From Acidobacteriota bacterium (GTDB taxonomy: Bacteria; Acidobacteriota; UBA6911; RPQK01; JAPXNP01), in the NCBI GenBank assembly GCA_037388505.1, contig JARRKC010000020.1, forward strand, positions 12,204 through 76,203: DNA of 64,000 nt, in the 5' to 3' direction. Position numbers and translations under genes: made by a program. Within the stretch, counting starts at the first letter, position 1, and each line of letters starts with the position of its first letter. The notes beneath the pieces are model-generated. The model worked only from the letters and a program-made list of their open reading frames with translations, searched no databases and had not been told where the DNA came from. This document shows, in pieces, positions 48,583-58,336 of this stretch.

Positions 48583-49721
48583 TCAAGAAGGCCTACCGCC
48601 TTCCGATTCGAATTTTCGGAATCCCGGTTGACCTGGATTGGACCTTCATCCTGATTCTCCCCGTGCTCGCCTGGCTGATCGGAAGCCAGGTGGGCCGCTT
48701 TGCCGAGGTTTTCCATCTGCAGGTGAATACCTTTCAGCTGACGGAGGGAGTTCGGCCGTATCTGCTCGGGCTGGTCGCGGGAATCGGCCTGTTTGCGAGC
48801 GTGTTGATCCACGAATTGGGCCACTCGCTCGTCGGACGGCTGTACCATTTCCGCATCCGTAGTATCACGCTGTGGATCCTGGGAGGGATGGCCCAATTCG
48901 AGAAGATCCCCCGGAGCCGGGGCGCGGAGGCGGTCATGGCCGTAGCCGGCCCGATTACCAGCATCCTGGTGGGAGTTGTGGCACTCGTTCTGCTCCACGG
49001 CACACCGGCCGGCTGGGCTGGAAGCCGGTTCGTGCTCACCTACCTGATGTATATGAACTTTCTGCTGGCCGGCTTCAATCTCATCCCCGCTCTTCCGCTG
49101 GACGGAGGGAGGGTCTTCAGGTCCTTGCTTGCTCTGAAGCTCCCCTTCCTAGAGGCAACGCGGGTGGCGAGCTCGATCAGCAAATTCCTGGCGATCGCCC
49201 TCGGACTGTTCGGGTTCCTTTCGGTCAACATTTGGCTCATCCTGATCGCGTTCTTCATCTACATCGCGGTCTCCGGCGAGACCCAACAGGCCACCGTGAC
49301 CGAAGCACTTCGGGGTATCAGCGTCCGCGATGTGATGACGCACGACGTCCGGACGGTACCCGAGGACATGTCGGTCTCGGATCTCATTCACCGCATGTTC
49401 ACAGAGCACTATCTCTCCTTTCCCGTGCTGGATTCAGGTGGCAGTCTGATCGGCCTGGTCACATTGCAGGATGTTCGCAAGGCACGGGCAGCGGGTCATG
49501 ACGAGGGACGCATGCGGGTTTCGGAAATCATGAGCCGACAGTTCGCCAAGATCCGCGAGCACCAGAGTGCCTTCGATGCTTTTCAACGGATCTCGGGAGC
49601 GGACTCGGGGCGGCTCGTGGTCACCGATACGGATGGCAAGCTTGCCGGAATCATCAGCAAGACCGACCTTCTCCGGGTCGTCCAGGTGCGGATGGTGGAA
49701 TCCGAGCTCTCCGAATCCTGA
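48579..49721 (+). CDS. M50-family site-2 protease with C-terminal CBS pair
   Basis: HELGHSLVGR zinc motif, NLIPALPLDGGRV and two CBS-like segments. Confidence 0.85.
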   Translation: MIKKAYRLPIRIFGIPVDLDWTFILILPVLAWLIGSQVGRFAEVFHLQVNTFQLTEGVRPYLLGLVAGIGLFASVLIHELGHSLVGRLYHFRIRSITLWILGGMAQFEKIPRSRGAEAVMAVAGPITSILVGVVALVLLHGTPAGWAGSRFVLTYLMYMNFLLAGFNLIPALPLDGGRVFRSLLALKLPFLEATRVASSISKFLAIALGLFGFLSVNIWLILIAFFIYIAVSGETQQATVTEALRGISVRDVMTHDVRTVPEDMSVSDLIHRMFTEHYLSFPVLDSGGSLIGLVTLQDVRKARAAGHDEGRMRVSEIMSRQFAKIREHQSAFDAFQRISGADSGRLVVTDTDGKLAGIISKTDLLRVVQVRMVESELSES

Positions 49722-49726
49722 GTCGG

Positions 49727-50818
49727 CTATCCCGTCGTGAAGGCTTCCTTGTTGACCACGTACGGCATCTGCGCCGGGTCCCCGCCATAGTTCCCCTGGA
49801 GGACATCGAGCAGCCCCTGCACACAGCGGCCCGCCATGCCGATATCAGGATCGGGAGACAGACGGGTCTCTCTCGTTCCGCTGGCAAAATGATGCGTCAG
49901 TCGCAGCCGTTCTGTCAGTTCAGGGTCTCGAAGCGGAGAGTCGTTCGGCAGCGGCTCGGTGTCGAAGACATCCAGAGCCGCGCCCGCGATCCAACGCTCG
50001 CGAAGCGCTCGAAGCAGGGCGGCTTCCTCCACGACCGGTCCACGGGACGTGTTGATGAGGAAACCCGAGGGCTTCATGAGGCGGAGCGCCGCTTCATCGA
50101 TGAGGTGATGGGTATCGTCGGTCAGAGGGACGTGTAAGCTGACGAAGTCCGACTGTGCAAGGACATCTTCGAATTCGCCCTGCCGAATCTTGCACTGCCT
50201 GCGAGTCAGACCGAGTCGCGACCGATCGTCCATCGTCTGCTGTACAGCATCCAGCCATGTCTGATCGATCTGCTCGTCACAGCAAAGAACGTTCATGTCA
50301 AAGCCGAGACATTTTCCGACGAAGGCTCGACCAATCCGTCCCACGCCGACGACGCCCACCGTCTTTCCCGTCACCTCATCGCCGAGCAGCGGTTCCCAGG
50401 GATGCCAAGTGTTCCATTTCCGCTCACGCACAAGCCGCTCGCTCGAGTACAACCGGCGGGCCAGGTCGCCCAGCAGAAAGAACGCGAATTCGGCGGTGGC
50501 GTCGGTCAGTACGTCGGCTGTATTCGTAAAGGGAATGTGGTAGCGGTTGGCGGCCTCTCGATCGACGTTGTCGAAACCGACGGCGTATTGCGCGACCACC
50601 TTCAGAGAGCCCGCTCCTGCGCGAAACACATCCTCGTCGATGGGATCCCGGAGAGTGGTGATCAGCCCGTCGATCCCGGAACGGACCTTGGCCAGGAGTA
50701 ATTCCTTCGGGGGCCGTTCCGGATGATCGTAGACTTCGAGTTCGAAGTCCTCGGTTCGCAGACGATCGAGGGCTTCATCTCCGATGTTGCACGTAGCGAA
50801 GATACGGTATCTGGACAT
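49727..50818 (-). CDS. D-isomer-specific 2-hydroxyacid dehydrogenase
   Basis: NAD-binding GKTVGVVGVGRIGRAF and catalytic-domain blocks (LINTSRGPVVEEAAL, AALDVF). AAGGAGA Shine-Dalgarno. Confidence 0.88.
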   Translation of the reverse strand: MSRYRIFATCNIGDEALDRLRTEDFELEVYDHPERPPKELLLAKVRSGIDGLITTLRDPIDEDVFRAGAGSLKVVAQYAVGFDNVDREAANRYHIPFTNTADVLTDATAEFAFFLLGDLARRLYSSERLVRERKWNTWHPWEPLLGDEVTGKTVGVVGVGRIGRAFVGKCLGFDMNVLCCDEQIDQTWLDAVQQTMDDRSRLGLTRRQCKIRQGEFEDVLAQSDFVSLHVPLTDDTHHLIDEAALRLMKPSGFLINTSRGPVVEEAALLRALRERWIAGAALDVFDTEPLPNDSPLRDPELTERLRLTHHFASGTRETRLSPDPDIGMAGRCVQGLLDVLQGNYGGDPAQMPYVVNKEAFTTG

Positions 50819-50877
50819 TCTCAGTCCATTCTCCTTGGACGATCACCAGCGAATCAAGTCGCAGACTCGCCGAGACT

Positions 50878-51308
50878 GCCAGCGAGTCACACGCTTCCCG
50901 CAGATCAGCCCATGGACCGGCATTCGCTTGATTCGTCCGATTCGCCGGCACCTACCGCCCGGAATCGCCAGCCAATCTCGCCTATCCCGCGAATCCGACC
51001 CTGGGCTGCTATTCGCTTGATTCGTGCGATTCGCTGGCCTCTTCCTGCCGGATTTGCCAGCCAATCTCGCCTATCCCGCGAATCCGACCCTGGGCTGCTA
51101 TTCGCTTGATTCGTCCGATTCGCTGGTCTCTTCCCGCTGGATTTGCCAGCCAATCTCGCCCGTCCCGCGAATCCGACCCTGGATTACGATTCGCTTGATT
51201 CGTCCGATTCGCTGGCCTCTTCCCGCCAGATTTGCCAGCCAATCTCGCCCGTCCCGCGAACCCGACCCTGGATTCCGATTCGCTTGATTTGCGGTTTTCG
51301 CTGGACTC
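50878..51308. repeat. tandem array 2: 89-bp unit, about 5 copies, related to array 1
   Basis: Unit starts (gccagc) at 50878, 50967, 51056, 51145 and 51234, with a degenerate copy from about 50846. It shares gccagccaatctc and attcgctggcc blocks with array 1 in the same orientation. Confidence 0.9.
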
Positions 51309-51662
51309 TCAGTGGACGCGTCGGCGGCCCTCTTCCGGAAGCTCATCGTAGCCATGGACCAGCACGAAGAGATAAGCCGGGTACCGATCCTTCTCCGTTT
51401 CCAGGATGAGCTCGAAGACATGCTCCTCTTCGTTCTCCGGCGGCAACTCCTGAACGTACGTCACGCGCTCCGGATCCAGGAAGACCTCACCAAGCACGCG
51501 CTTGCCGCGCATCACTTGGATGACCATGACCTCTTCATATTCTCCGAAGTGCCAGTGAAGATCTTCATCATCGTAGAGCACAGCGTCCGGCGTCCCGCCC
51601 CGCAGGATGCAGTTGGGATGAAGTATCAGCCAATTCCAGAAAGTCTGAAAAGAAATCGTCAT
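51309..51662 (-). CDS. hypothetical protein
   Basis: 117-aa ORF with protein-like composition and no motif I recognise. Its stop codon abuts the last unit of array 2. Confidence 0.45.
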   Translation of the reverse strand: MTISFQTFWNWLILHPNCILRGGTPDAVLYDDEDLHWHFGEYEEVMVIQVMRGKRVLGEVFLDPERVTYVQELPPENEEEHVFELILETEKDRYPAYLFVLVHGYDELPEEGRRRVH

Positions 51663-51724
51663 TTCGACCCCGCTCAGATTCGATGATCGTCGGCTAGACG
51701 CGCTTTACGTCTTGGAAGGCTGCG

Positions 51725-52213
51725 TCAGATGCGCAATTCGGCGACGTGATTGACCAGTGTCTCCTGACTGTCGCTCTCGGGCCCGGCTTCGGCGTCCGCC
51801 AGTCGCACCGATGCATCCAGCGGGTCCAGCCCGATACCGATCAGCACGCACATGGCCACCGTGCCCGTTCTCCCGACACCGGCGACACAATGCTACAGGA
51901 TGTTCTTTTTATTCCGAAGATCCTCAACCAGATCCTCCACGGTTCGTAGCAGAGGACTGAGGTCGGTCGGCACGCCACGATCGGGAATGGGGAAATTCAC
52001 TTGCACCCAGGGAAGGTCACCCGCCTGTATTGCATCGAAGTATTCCGGGGCCTCCTGCCTTATCTCGGGCAAAGTGGCGAGGCAGACGACCTTATCGATT
52101 CCGCGCTCCGAAATCGACTCGCGAGCCTCCGCAAAGGTCTCGTATCGGCCAGGGAGATGGGAGACGAAGAGTTGGCCTGCTACTTCGGGAAGCTCGACTA
52201 ATCTGATTTCCAT
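51725..52213 (-). pseudogene. Cys-based (dual-specificity/PTP-like) phosphatase interrupted by an in-frame TAG
   Basis: The same frame reads ...LVEDLRNKKNIL-TAG-HCVAGVGRTGTVAMCVLIGIGL...ELRI-TGA. The TAG (51893-51895) sits one codon before the HCX5R(T) P-loop. Confidence 0.75.
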
Positions 52214-52309
52214 GGCGACACACTAGCAGATGATCGGGCTTCGGGGAAGGATCCAGAGTATCCCGAACCAGAGCCTGGCACACCTGTTGCCAGTTTCTGA
52301 CTCGGGGCA

Positions 52310-53701
52310 CTAGCGGAGCGTCTGCAGATAGGCAACCAGCGCATCCAAATCCTGGGGGCTCAGTGAATCGTAGGCCGGCATTTCCGCGCCCGGAAGCAGG
52401 CTGGTGGGATCGGGGATGTATTTCTTGAACCAGGCGGCATCATGTCGACGTCCGACGGTCGTCAAATCGGGTCCGGCTACGCCACCCTGGCCGTTGACCA
52501 TATGGCAGGCGGCACATCCCTGCTGCTCGAACACGGTACGTCCCTGGAGAACCTGCGCGGACATGATCATCGACTGCGCCTGCCTCTCGGACGCGCTGAC
52601 CGGAACCGGAGGATGGGGAGCGGTCGCTCCTTTATACGTGAGGAAGAAGACCATCCCCAGAACTCCCATCGTGACTAGTGTCGTCACCGGCCTGCGGAGG
52701 GGGGCCCGGTGACTGCTGCGATCCATCCAGGGCAGAAGAAACAACACCAGCACCAGTACCAGAGGGATCCAGAACGTAGCCACGGGTATGGAACGCCCCG
52801 GGAACCACCAGAGCAGCTCGTACAGGAAGTAGAAATACCACTCCGGTCGGGGTACATAGGTCGTGGTCGTCGGGTTGGCTTCGGCCTCCAGCGGAGCCCC
52901 AAAGTGCCAGGCCAGAAAGAACAGTATGCCCAGGAGGAGCGCCGCCGTCACAACATCCTTTGCCATGCTGCGATAGAAGGGGTGTCCCCGACTCTTGACG
53001 CGTTCGTAGACCTCCTCGTATTCATCGCGCGAGACGGTGGCAAAATCACCAACCGGAGGCGCGGCAATTCCCTGCTTGACCACCATGGAAAGGTGGATTG
53101 CCGTCAACACGAAGAGTGTTGCGGGCAGAAAGAGCGTATGGAAAGCATAAAAGCGACCGAGTGTCCGCACTCCGACCACGGCCTGACCACTGAGCATTTC
53201 GGTGATGTAAGGGCCGATCACAGGTGTGTAGCCGGCAATATGCGTTCCCACAACCGTCGCCCAGTAGGCCCGCTGGTCCCAAGGCAGCAGATAACCCGTG
53301 AAGGCAAAGGCCATAATGACCAGCAGCAAAAGCACCCCAACCATCCAGGTGAGCTCCCGAGGATATTTGTAGGCACCCATGAACAGGACACGCAGCATAT
53401 GGAGCACAACACAGATGACGATGAGGCTGGCCGCCCACTTGTGGATCCCACGGACCAACCACCCAAAGCTCAGCTCATTGGTAATGAGACTGACACTCTG
53501 GAAGGCATGTTCGGGCGAAGGCACATAGTAGAACGCGAGGAAGACTCCCGTCGCCGCCTGCACGAGGAGCAGGAACAGGGTGGCGCTGCCGAGCACGTGC
53601 AGCCAGCCCACCCCTAGAGGAATGTTCCGATCGGTGAAACTCCTCCAAAGGGTCGGCAACCCCAGTCGATCTTCGAGGAAATTCGTGAGGCGTTCGAACA
53701 C
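52310..53701 (-). CDS. cytochrome b fused to a C-terminal monohaem cytochrome c (bc-complex subunit)
   Basis: Cytochrome b N-terminal pattern (WLHVLGSATLFLLLVQAATGVFLAFYY...IHKWAASL) and a C-terminal CAACH haem-binding motif. Confidence 0.88.
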   Translation of the reverse strand: MFERLTNFLEDRLGLPTLWRSFTDRNIPLGVGWLHVLGSATLFLLLVQAATGVFLAFYYVPSPEHAFQSVSLITNELSFGWLVRGIHKWAASLIVICVVLHMLRVLFMGAYKYPRELTWMVGVLLLLVIMAFAFTGYLLPWDQRAYWATVVGTHIAGYTPVIGPYITEMLSGQAVVGVRTLGRFYAFHTLFLPATLFVLTAIHLSMVVKQGIAAPPVGDFATVSRDEYEEVYERVKSRGHPFYRSMAKDVVTAALLLGILFFLAWHFGAPLEAEANPTTTTYVPRPEWYFYFLYELLWWFPGRSIPVATFWIPLVLVLVLFLLPWMDRSSHRAPLRRPVTTLVTMGVLGMVFFLTYKGATAPHPPVPVSASERQAQSMIMSAQVLQGRTVFEQQGCAACHMVNGQGGVAGPDLTTVGRRHDAAWFKKYIPDPTSLLPGAEMPAYDSLSPQDLDALVAYLQTLR

Positions 53702-53705
53702 TGGT

Positions 53706-54299
53706 TCAGCTCACTTCGAATGCCTGTCCGCGCCTCTCGTACGCGGTCTCGGCATAAAGGACACCGTTTTCGACTTTGACCAGGTAACGATCCAGTGGGC
53801 GGGGCGGAGGTCCCGCTACGACATTGCCGTTCTCGTCGAAGACACCTCCATGACAGGGACAGAAGAATCTGTGAGCCGGCGCGCTCCAGCGAATCGGGCA
53901 TCCAACATGGGTGCAGTGCATGTTGTAGACAACGAAGGTGCCTTCATTGTCCCGGTAGACCCATGCCGCCTCTTCCCCCCAATCCTCGGGCCAGTAGCGC
54001 TTCTCGAGGGATTTCAGGTGCGCCAGGCTGACCGTGCCCTTGGGGAAACCGTCCACAGGCCCACATTCCTTCCACACCAGTTTGGGCCGCTTGAAGGCGG
54101 GAAGGATGAAAAAACCCAGAAGCGGAACGCCAAGAGCCACACCGATGGCGGCTGCAATGGAGTTGACCAGATACTTGAAGAATTGTCGCCGAGGTGGGGG
54201 CTTGTACGGAATGCGCTTGTCCATGCCTTTGATTCCGGAGCTTCTCACCGTCCTCCAGGATCCACGTTTCGACGCACGCTCATGGCTGTCCGGGAGCAC
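53706..54299 (-). CDS. Rieske [2Fe-2S] subunit
   Basis: CTHVGCP...CPCHGGVF. Twin-arginine-like PRRQFFKYL. An alternative start is at 54224. Confidence 0.88.
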   Translation of the reverse strand: MLPDSHERASKRGSWRTVRSSGIKGMDKRIPYKPPPRRQFFKYLVNSIAAAIGVALGVPLLGFFILPAFKRPKLVWKECGPVDGFPKGTVSLAHLKSLEKRYWPEDWGEEAAWVYRDNEGTFVVYNMHCTHVGCPIRWSAPAHRFFCPCHGGVFDENGNVVAGPPPRPLDRYLVKVENGVLYAETAYERRGQAFEVS

Positions 54300-54963
54300 T
54301 CGGTTCAGTTCTGTTCGAACCCTGGGATTGGATGAAGGCGATGAGATCCACCATCTCGTTGCCTTTGAACTTGGGCCAGGGCAGCCCCATTTCGGTCATC
54401 TTGCTCTCCATCTGCGCCGCGTGCTGCCACATGACTTGAGCCCACAGGATCGGCGAGCCGTATTGCTGGCCCCGCGAAAGGTCGGGTCCGATGCCGCCTC
54501 CCTGTCCCCCGAGCGCGTGGCACATGCTGCAGTGCTTCTCATAGAAGAGCGTCCGACCTCGCTGCGGGTCTCCAGGCTGGTCCAGAATATGGAGGAAGGT
54601 CAGATAGGCGATCAGGTCCCGCATCTCCGAGTCTTTGAACGGGACCCACTGAATGCCCTGTTCTTTGGCGACTGTCTCCATCGTAGGCGCATGGTTCCAG
54701 AGAATTCCCGCCATCTGCGTGATCGTCTCGTGTTCCTTCGGGTAGCGTCCCAGATCCGGGCCGATGGACGGTCCCACACCGTTGATGGCGTGGCATCGGC
54801 CACATCCTTTCTCCGCGTACACCCGGCGTCCGGCCTCAGGATTTCCCCAGACGGCATAGGCGGTGGAGCCCTCCTGCTGTCGACTCAGCACAGTCACCGA
54901 TGCGAGTGCAGAAAGGCCACAGACGACCATCAGGACACGACGGATCGATCGGACTCTGGTCAT
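54280..54963 (-). CDS. dihaem c-type cytochrome
   Basis: Two CxxCH motifs (CGRCH, CSMCH) and a signal or anchor segment. First gene of the Rieske/cytochrome b operon. Confidence 0.8.
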   Translation of the reverse strand: MTRVRSIRRVLMVVCGLSALASVTVLSRQQEGSTAYAVWGNPEAGRRVYAEKGCGRCHAINGVGPSIGPDLGRYPKEHETITQMAGILWNHAPTMETVAKEQGIQWVPFKDSEMRDLIAYLTFLHILDQPGDPQRGRTLFYEKHCSMCHALGGQGGGIGPDLSRGQQYGSPILWAQVMWQHAAQMESKMTEMGLPWPKFKGNEMVDLIAFIQSQGSNRTEPSAPGQP

Positions 54964-55149
54964 GCTTCATGTCCCTTGAAAACAGCGCGCCGGAAAGGAC
55001 ATCGGAGAATCGAGGGCTCCGGGCCGCAGTCCGACACTACCTGATTCCATGATGGGCGCCGAAGAAGAAGAACGTCAACAGACGACAACGGTTTTTCCGC
55101 TCGGCGTCTGCTGAGGGGCCTGACACCACTCCTTCAGACTGAGTCTCCC

Positions 55150-55578
55150 TCACAGCGGGCTGGGCAGCACTCGGATGCGCGGATCCGAGTTTGCTCTGGC
55201 GCGAAACACGACCCCAGGGCAAGGCATACACCAAATCAAGACCGCGAACTCCGCCACCTCAAGCTTTGCGTTCGGACGGAATTTCAGCGACACCACTTCA
55301 TTCTCCGAATCGCTTTGCTGCGCGCTCTTCTCCATCTTCTCCTGGACTCGCCGATCAACGACCTCCGCAAGGATTGTGTCGCCAGTCAGGTTGTGGACCT
55401 CGATCATCGGCGCAGACTCGGCGTCGTCGAACCACAGCTCCTCTACAGTCGGGACCACCTCATACCCGAATATTCCCTTTCGGACATGAAAATCTGCGAT
55501 TTTCTTCCTTCTGGGCTTGACTCGCACTTCTCCTCCTTCTTGCTCCTGTGACTCGAGTCTATTCTCGGCTATTTCCAT
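55150..55578 (-). CDS. hypothetical protein downstream of the kinase gene
   Basis: 142-aa ORF overlapping the kinase stop by 10 nt. I recognise no motif. Confidence 0.4.
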   Translation of the reverse strand: MEIAENRLESQEQEGGEVRVKPRRKKIADFHVRKGIFGYEVVPTVEELWFDDAESAPMIEVHNLTGDTILAEVVDRRVQEKMEKSAQQSDSENEVVSLKFRPNAKLEVAEFAVLIWCMPCPGVVFRARANSDPRIRVLPSPL

Positions 55579-58259
55579 TCCTTTTCCCTCCCTTGTACGT
55601 TATTCGCGTGGCCGTCCGGTTTGGTCGGACCGCCGACCTCTTCCAGACGGTGACGAAACTGTGGGTCACCGACCAGATCTTTCATGCTCGGGGAATCTTC
55701 GAGCCGCGCCCGGGGGAAACCCGCAGCCAGTGCACGGAGGACCCAGTCAATGGCCCGATCCCGATCGCCCAGTTCTTCGAAAGCCTGAGCCGCCACGAAC
55801 ATCAATTCGGGGTCTGATTGCGACGCCGGCAGTTTCAGCGCTTCCCCGAGATAGAACCGACCCTGCTCGCGGTCGCCGGCTTGAATCAGGTAGTCGGCCA
55901 GGTCAAGGGTTGCAGTCGCATCGTTGGGATTGACCTCCACACGCTTGCGCACGAGTCCCGCTGCCTTGGCGTAACAGTCCCTGGCGTCCACCGTACGTCC
56001 AAGCTGACTGTAGCAGCTGCCCAGGTTCCCCCAGGTGAAGGCGTGGCTCTCGTCGAGATCCAGCGCCTTCTTGTAGTTCTCGGCGGCGCCTTCGAAATCT
56101 TGTTGCTGGAAGAAGCTGGTCCCCAGCAGATCATAGGTGTGAAAGGTCGGCGGAATATGCAGCGATTTCTGCATCTGCAGCGACTGCTCGAGGACGGCCT
56201 GGGCCACAGATGGATGCTGGAGGGTCAGATGAACGACGGCAATGTTGTCGCGGGCAGTTACGCTTTCGGGCAGGATCGACTGGACGTGTTCGAACTCCCG
56301 CAGTGCATCCTCATAGCGGCCAAACCGCAAATAGAAACTACCCAGTTCATGGTAACCGGCCCAATAATTCGGCCGGAGAGCGATGGCTTTCCGGTAGGCC
56401 GTCTCCGCCTCGTCTACCCTTCCAAGGGCAGCCAGCGCGGTGGCCTTCTGGGACCAAACCTCCGACATCTCCGGCGACAGTTGCAGGGCGCGGTCGAACT
56501 CGGGGAGTGCTTCGTCGTAGCGGCCGAATTCCAGTAGAACCAGCCCCCATGCGAGATGGCCCCTCGGATCATCAGGGTCATAGCGAAGAGCCTGCCGTGC
56601 GGATTCACTGGCCTGGACCACCAGTTCGGGTCTCGGGTCATGGCGGTAGAGCGTGGCGTAGGCCATCGCCAGCCCGGATCGGGCGGGAGCATACTCCGGC
56701 GCAAGTTTGATGACCTGCGAGAACTTCCCGATCGCCTGCCGGATGTGCGCCGGGTCATCGTACCTCTCGAGAAGTCCCTGGGCCTCGAGCAGCACTCCTC
56801 TCAGGTCCGGAGCTTCTTCCAGTGCCTCAGCGGCCAGGACGTTTCGGGATCCTGGGCTCAGCTGCAGACTGAGCAGTCTGAGAACCGCCTGCTCCACTCT
56901 CCGCACCAGGCTGTTTCGGTCCAGGCGACTCCCCTCGATCCTCTCGCTGCCCGCGACGGCGCCGGAGCGTGTGTCGATGAGGTTGAGACGAATGACGATG
57001 CCGTCTCCCTCCTGACTGAGACTTCCCTGAAGAGCCAGTTCGACGCCCCGCTCCCGGTATAGATCGTCGAGTTTCAGGTCCTTGACAAGCTGGTAGGAAC
57101 TCACCGTCAGCCGGGGACCGGAGCCATCGAGCTGTTGAAGGAGAATCGTCAGATCACGCGCCAACCCTTCGCAGAAATCCTGCTGCTGCGATGCATCCGC
57201 GCCAATCAGTTCGAAGGGCATGACCGCGGTTGTCGTCGCTCCCTCAATCGTAGCCCGGCCAAGCCGGTCGGAGATCCACTGGACTCCTTCGGGCACCCCG
57301 AGAACCAACACCAGAATCGCCGCAATGGACAGGAGCGCGTACCTGATCCAGGCCCCTGACCTCCTGCGGGCCCGAGAGGCGGGTTCGGGTCGCGGCGCCG
57401 AGCTGACCTCCAAATCGTGACGAATTCTCCTCAGCTCCGCAGCAAAGTCCGCAGCACTCTGGAAGCGATGCTGAGGGTCCTTCTGCATCGCCTTGCCGAG
57501 CAGTCCGTCGAAATCGAGCGGGAGCGCAGGGTTGAACCTCACCGCCGGCGCAGGCTGTCGGTGGATCAAAGCATCGCAGACCGCCGCCAGGTTCTCTCCC
57601 CGGAAGGGATGGTGTCCCGTGGCGAGCTCATAGAGCACGACTCCCAGTGAGAACAGGTCGCAGCGAGCGTCCAGAGGCTTTCCCAGAGCCTGCTCTGGAG
57701 ACATGTAGGGCACTGTCCCGACCAGAGCATTTCGATCGGTCAGAGGCTCCGCCGTCGAGGCGCTCGAATCATCGCAAGAGGGCTCACAGGCGCGGATTTT
57801 GGCGAGGCCGAAGTCCAGGATCTTCACCTGACTTCCTGCCGTCACCATGATGTTCGAGGGTTTGATGTCGCGGTGGATGATCCCCTGGGCATGTGCGGCT
57901 CCCAGCCCCTCGCAAACCTGAATTCCGATCGACAGGAGCTCGTTGATCTCCAGGGGCGTTCGAGCGAGCTCCTCTGCCAGAGTCCGGCCCTCGAGGCGCT
58001 CCATGACCAGATAGGGCCGGCCCTCGAATTCTCCGGCGTCGTAAACGACGCAAATGTTGCGATGATTCAGTGACGAGAGCGCTTGGATCTCGCGGTGGAA
58101 GCGCTCGCGAATGCGCGGATCCTCGACGGCTTCCGAGGAGACGAATTTGAGTGCAACGGTTCGCGGAAAGACTGGATCCTCTGCCTCGTATACTTCCCCC
58201 ATCCCGCCCTTGGCCAGATGGCCGACCAGGCGGTAACGGGAGACAGTGGTCCCGATCAT
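55569..58259 (-). CDS. Ser/Thr protein kinase with transmembrane segment and C-terminal TPR array
   Basis: GGMGEVYEA, HRDIKPSNIM, DFGLAK and SPEQ motifs. A transmembrane helix (ALLSIAAILVLVLGV) is followed by multiple TPR units. Confidence 0.88.
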   Translation of the reverse strand: MIGTTVSRYRLVGHLAKGGMGEVYEAEDPVFPRTVALKFVSSEAVEDPRIRERFHREIQALSSLNHRNICVVYDAGEFEGRPYLVMERLEGRTLAEELARTPLEINELLSIGIQVCEGLGAAHAQGIIHRDIKPSNIMVTAGSQVKILDFGLAKIRACEPSCDDSSASTAEPLTDRNALVGTVPYMSPEQALGKPLDARCDLFSLGVVLYELATGHHPFRGENLAAVCDALIHRQPAPAVRFNPALPLDFDGLLGKAMQKDPQHRFQSAADFAAELRRIRHDLEVSSAPRPEPASRARRRSGAWIRYALLSIAAILVLVLGVPEGVQWISDRLGRATIEGATTTAVMPFELIGADASQQQDFCEGLARDLTILLQQLDGSGPRLTVSSYQLVKDLKLDDLYRERGVELALQGSLSQEGDGIVIRLNLIDTRSGAVAGSERIEGSRLDRNSLVRRVEQAVLRLLSLQLSPGSRNVLAAEALEEAPDLRGVLLEAQGLLERYDDPAHIRQAIGKFSQVIKLAPEYAPARSGLAMAYATLYRHDPRPELVVQASESARQALRYDPDDPRGHLAWGLVLLEFGRYDEALPEFDRALQLSPEMSEVWSQKATALAALGRVDEAETAYRKAIALRPNYWAGYHELGSFYLRFGRYEDALREFEHVQSILPESVTARDNIAVVHLTLQHPSVAQAVLEQSLQMQKSLHIPPTFHTYDLLGTSFFQQQDFEGAAENYKKALDLDESHAFTWGNLGSCYSQLGRTVDARDCYAKAAGLVRKRVEVNPNDATATLDLADYLIQAGDREQGRFYLGEALKLPASQSDPELMFVAAQAFEELGDRDRAIDWVLRALAAGFPRARLEDSPSMKDLVGDPQFRHRLEEVGGPTKPDGHANNVQGREKEWK

Positions 58260-58336
58260 GGCGGCCTCCGGAAATCAGGGGAATAGCCGGATCATATACG
58301 CTCTGTGTCGCTTTGGCAAACCGCGAACCCAGGATC

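Noticed and set aside
50723-51421. ORFs inside tandem array 2 (for example 50723..51109, 51024..51287, 51098..51421)
   Set aside because: The reasoning is the same as for array 1: these are repeat-derived open frames on both strands with no coding signature.
51893-51895. Pyrrolysine or other programmed recoding of the in-frame TAG
   Set aside because: There are no pyl genes or suppressor tRNA in the window and no supporting context. A point mutation or base-call error is the simpler explanation. It is kept as a finding only as an interrupted gene.
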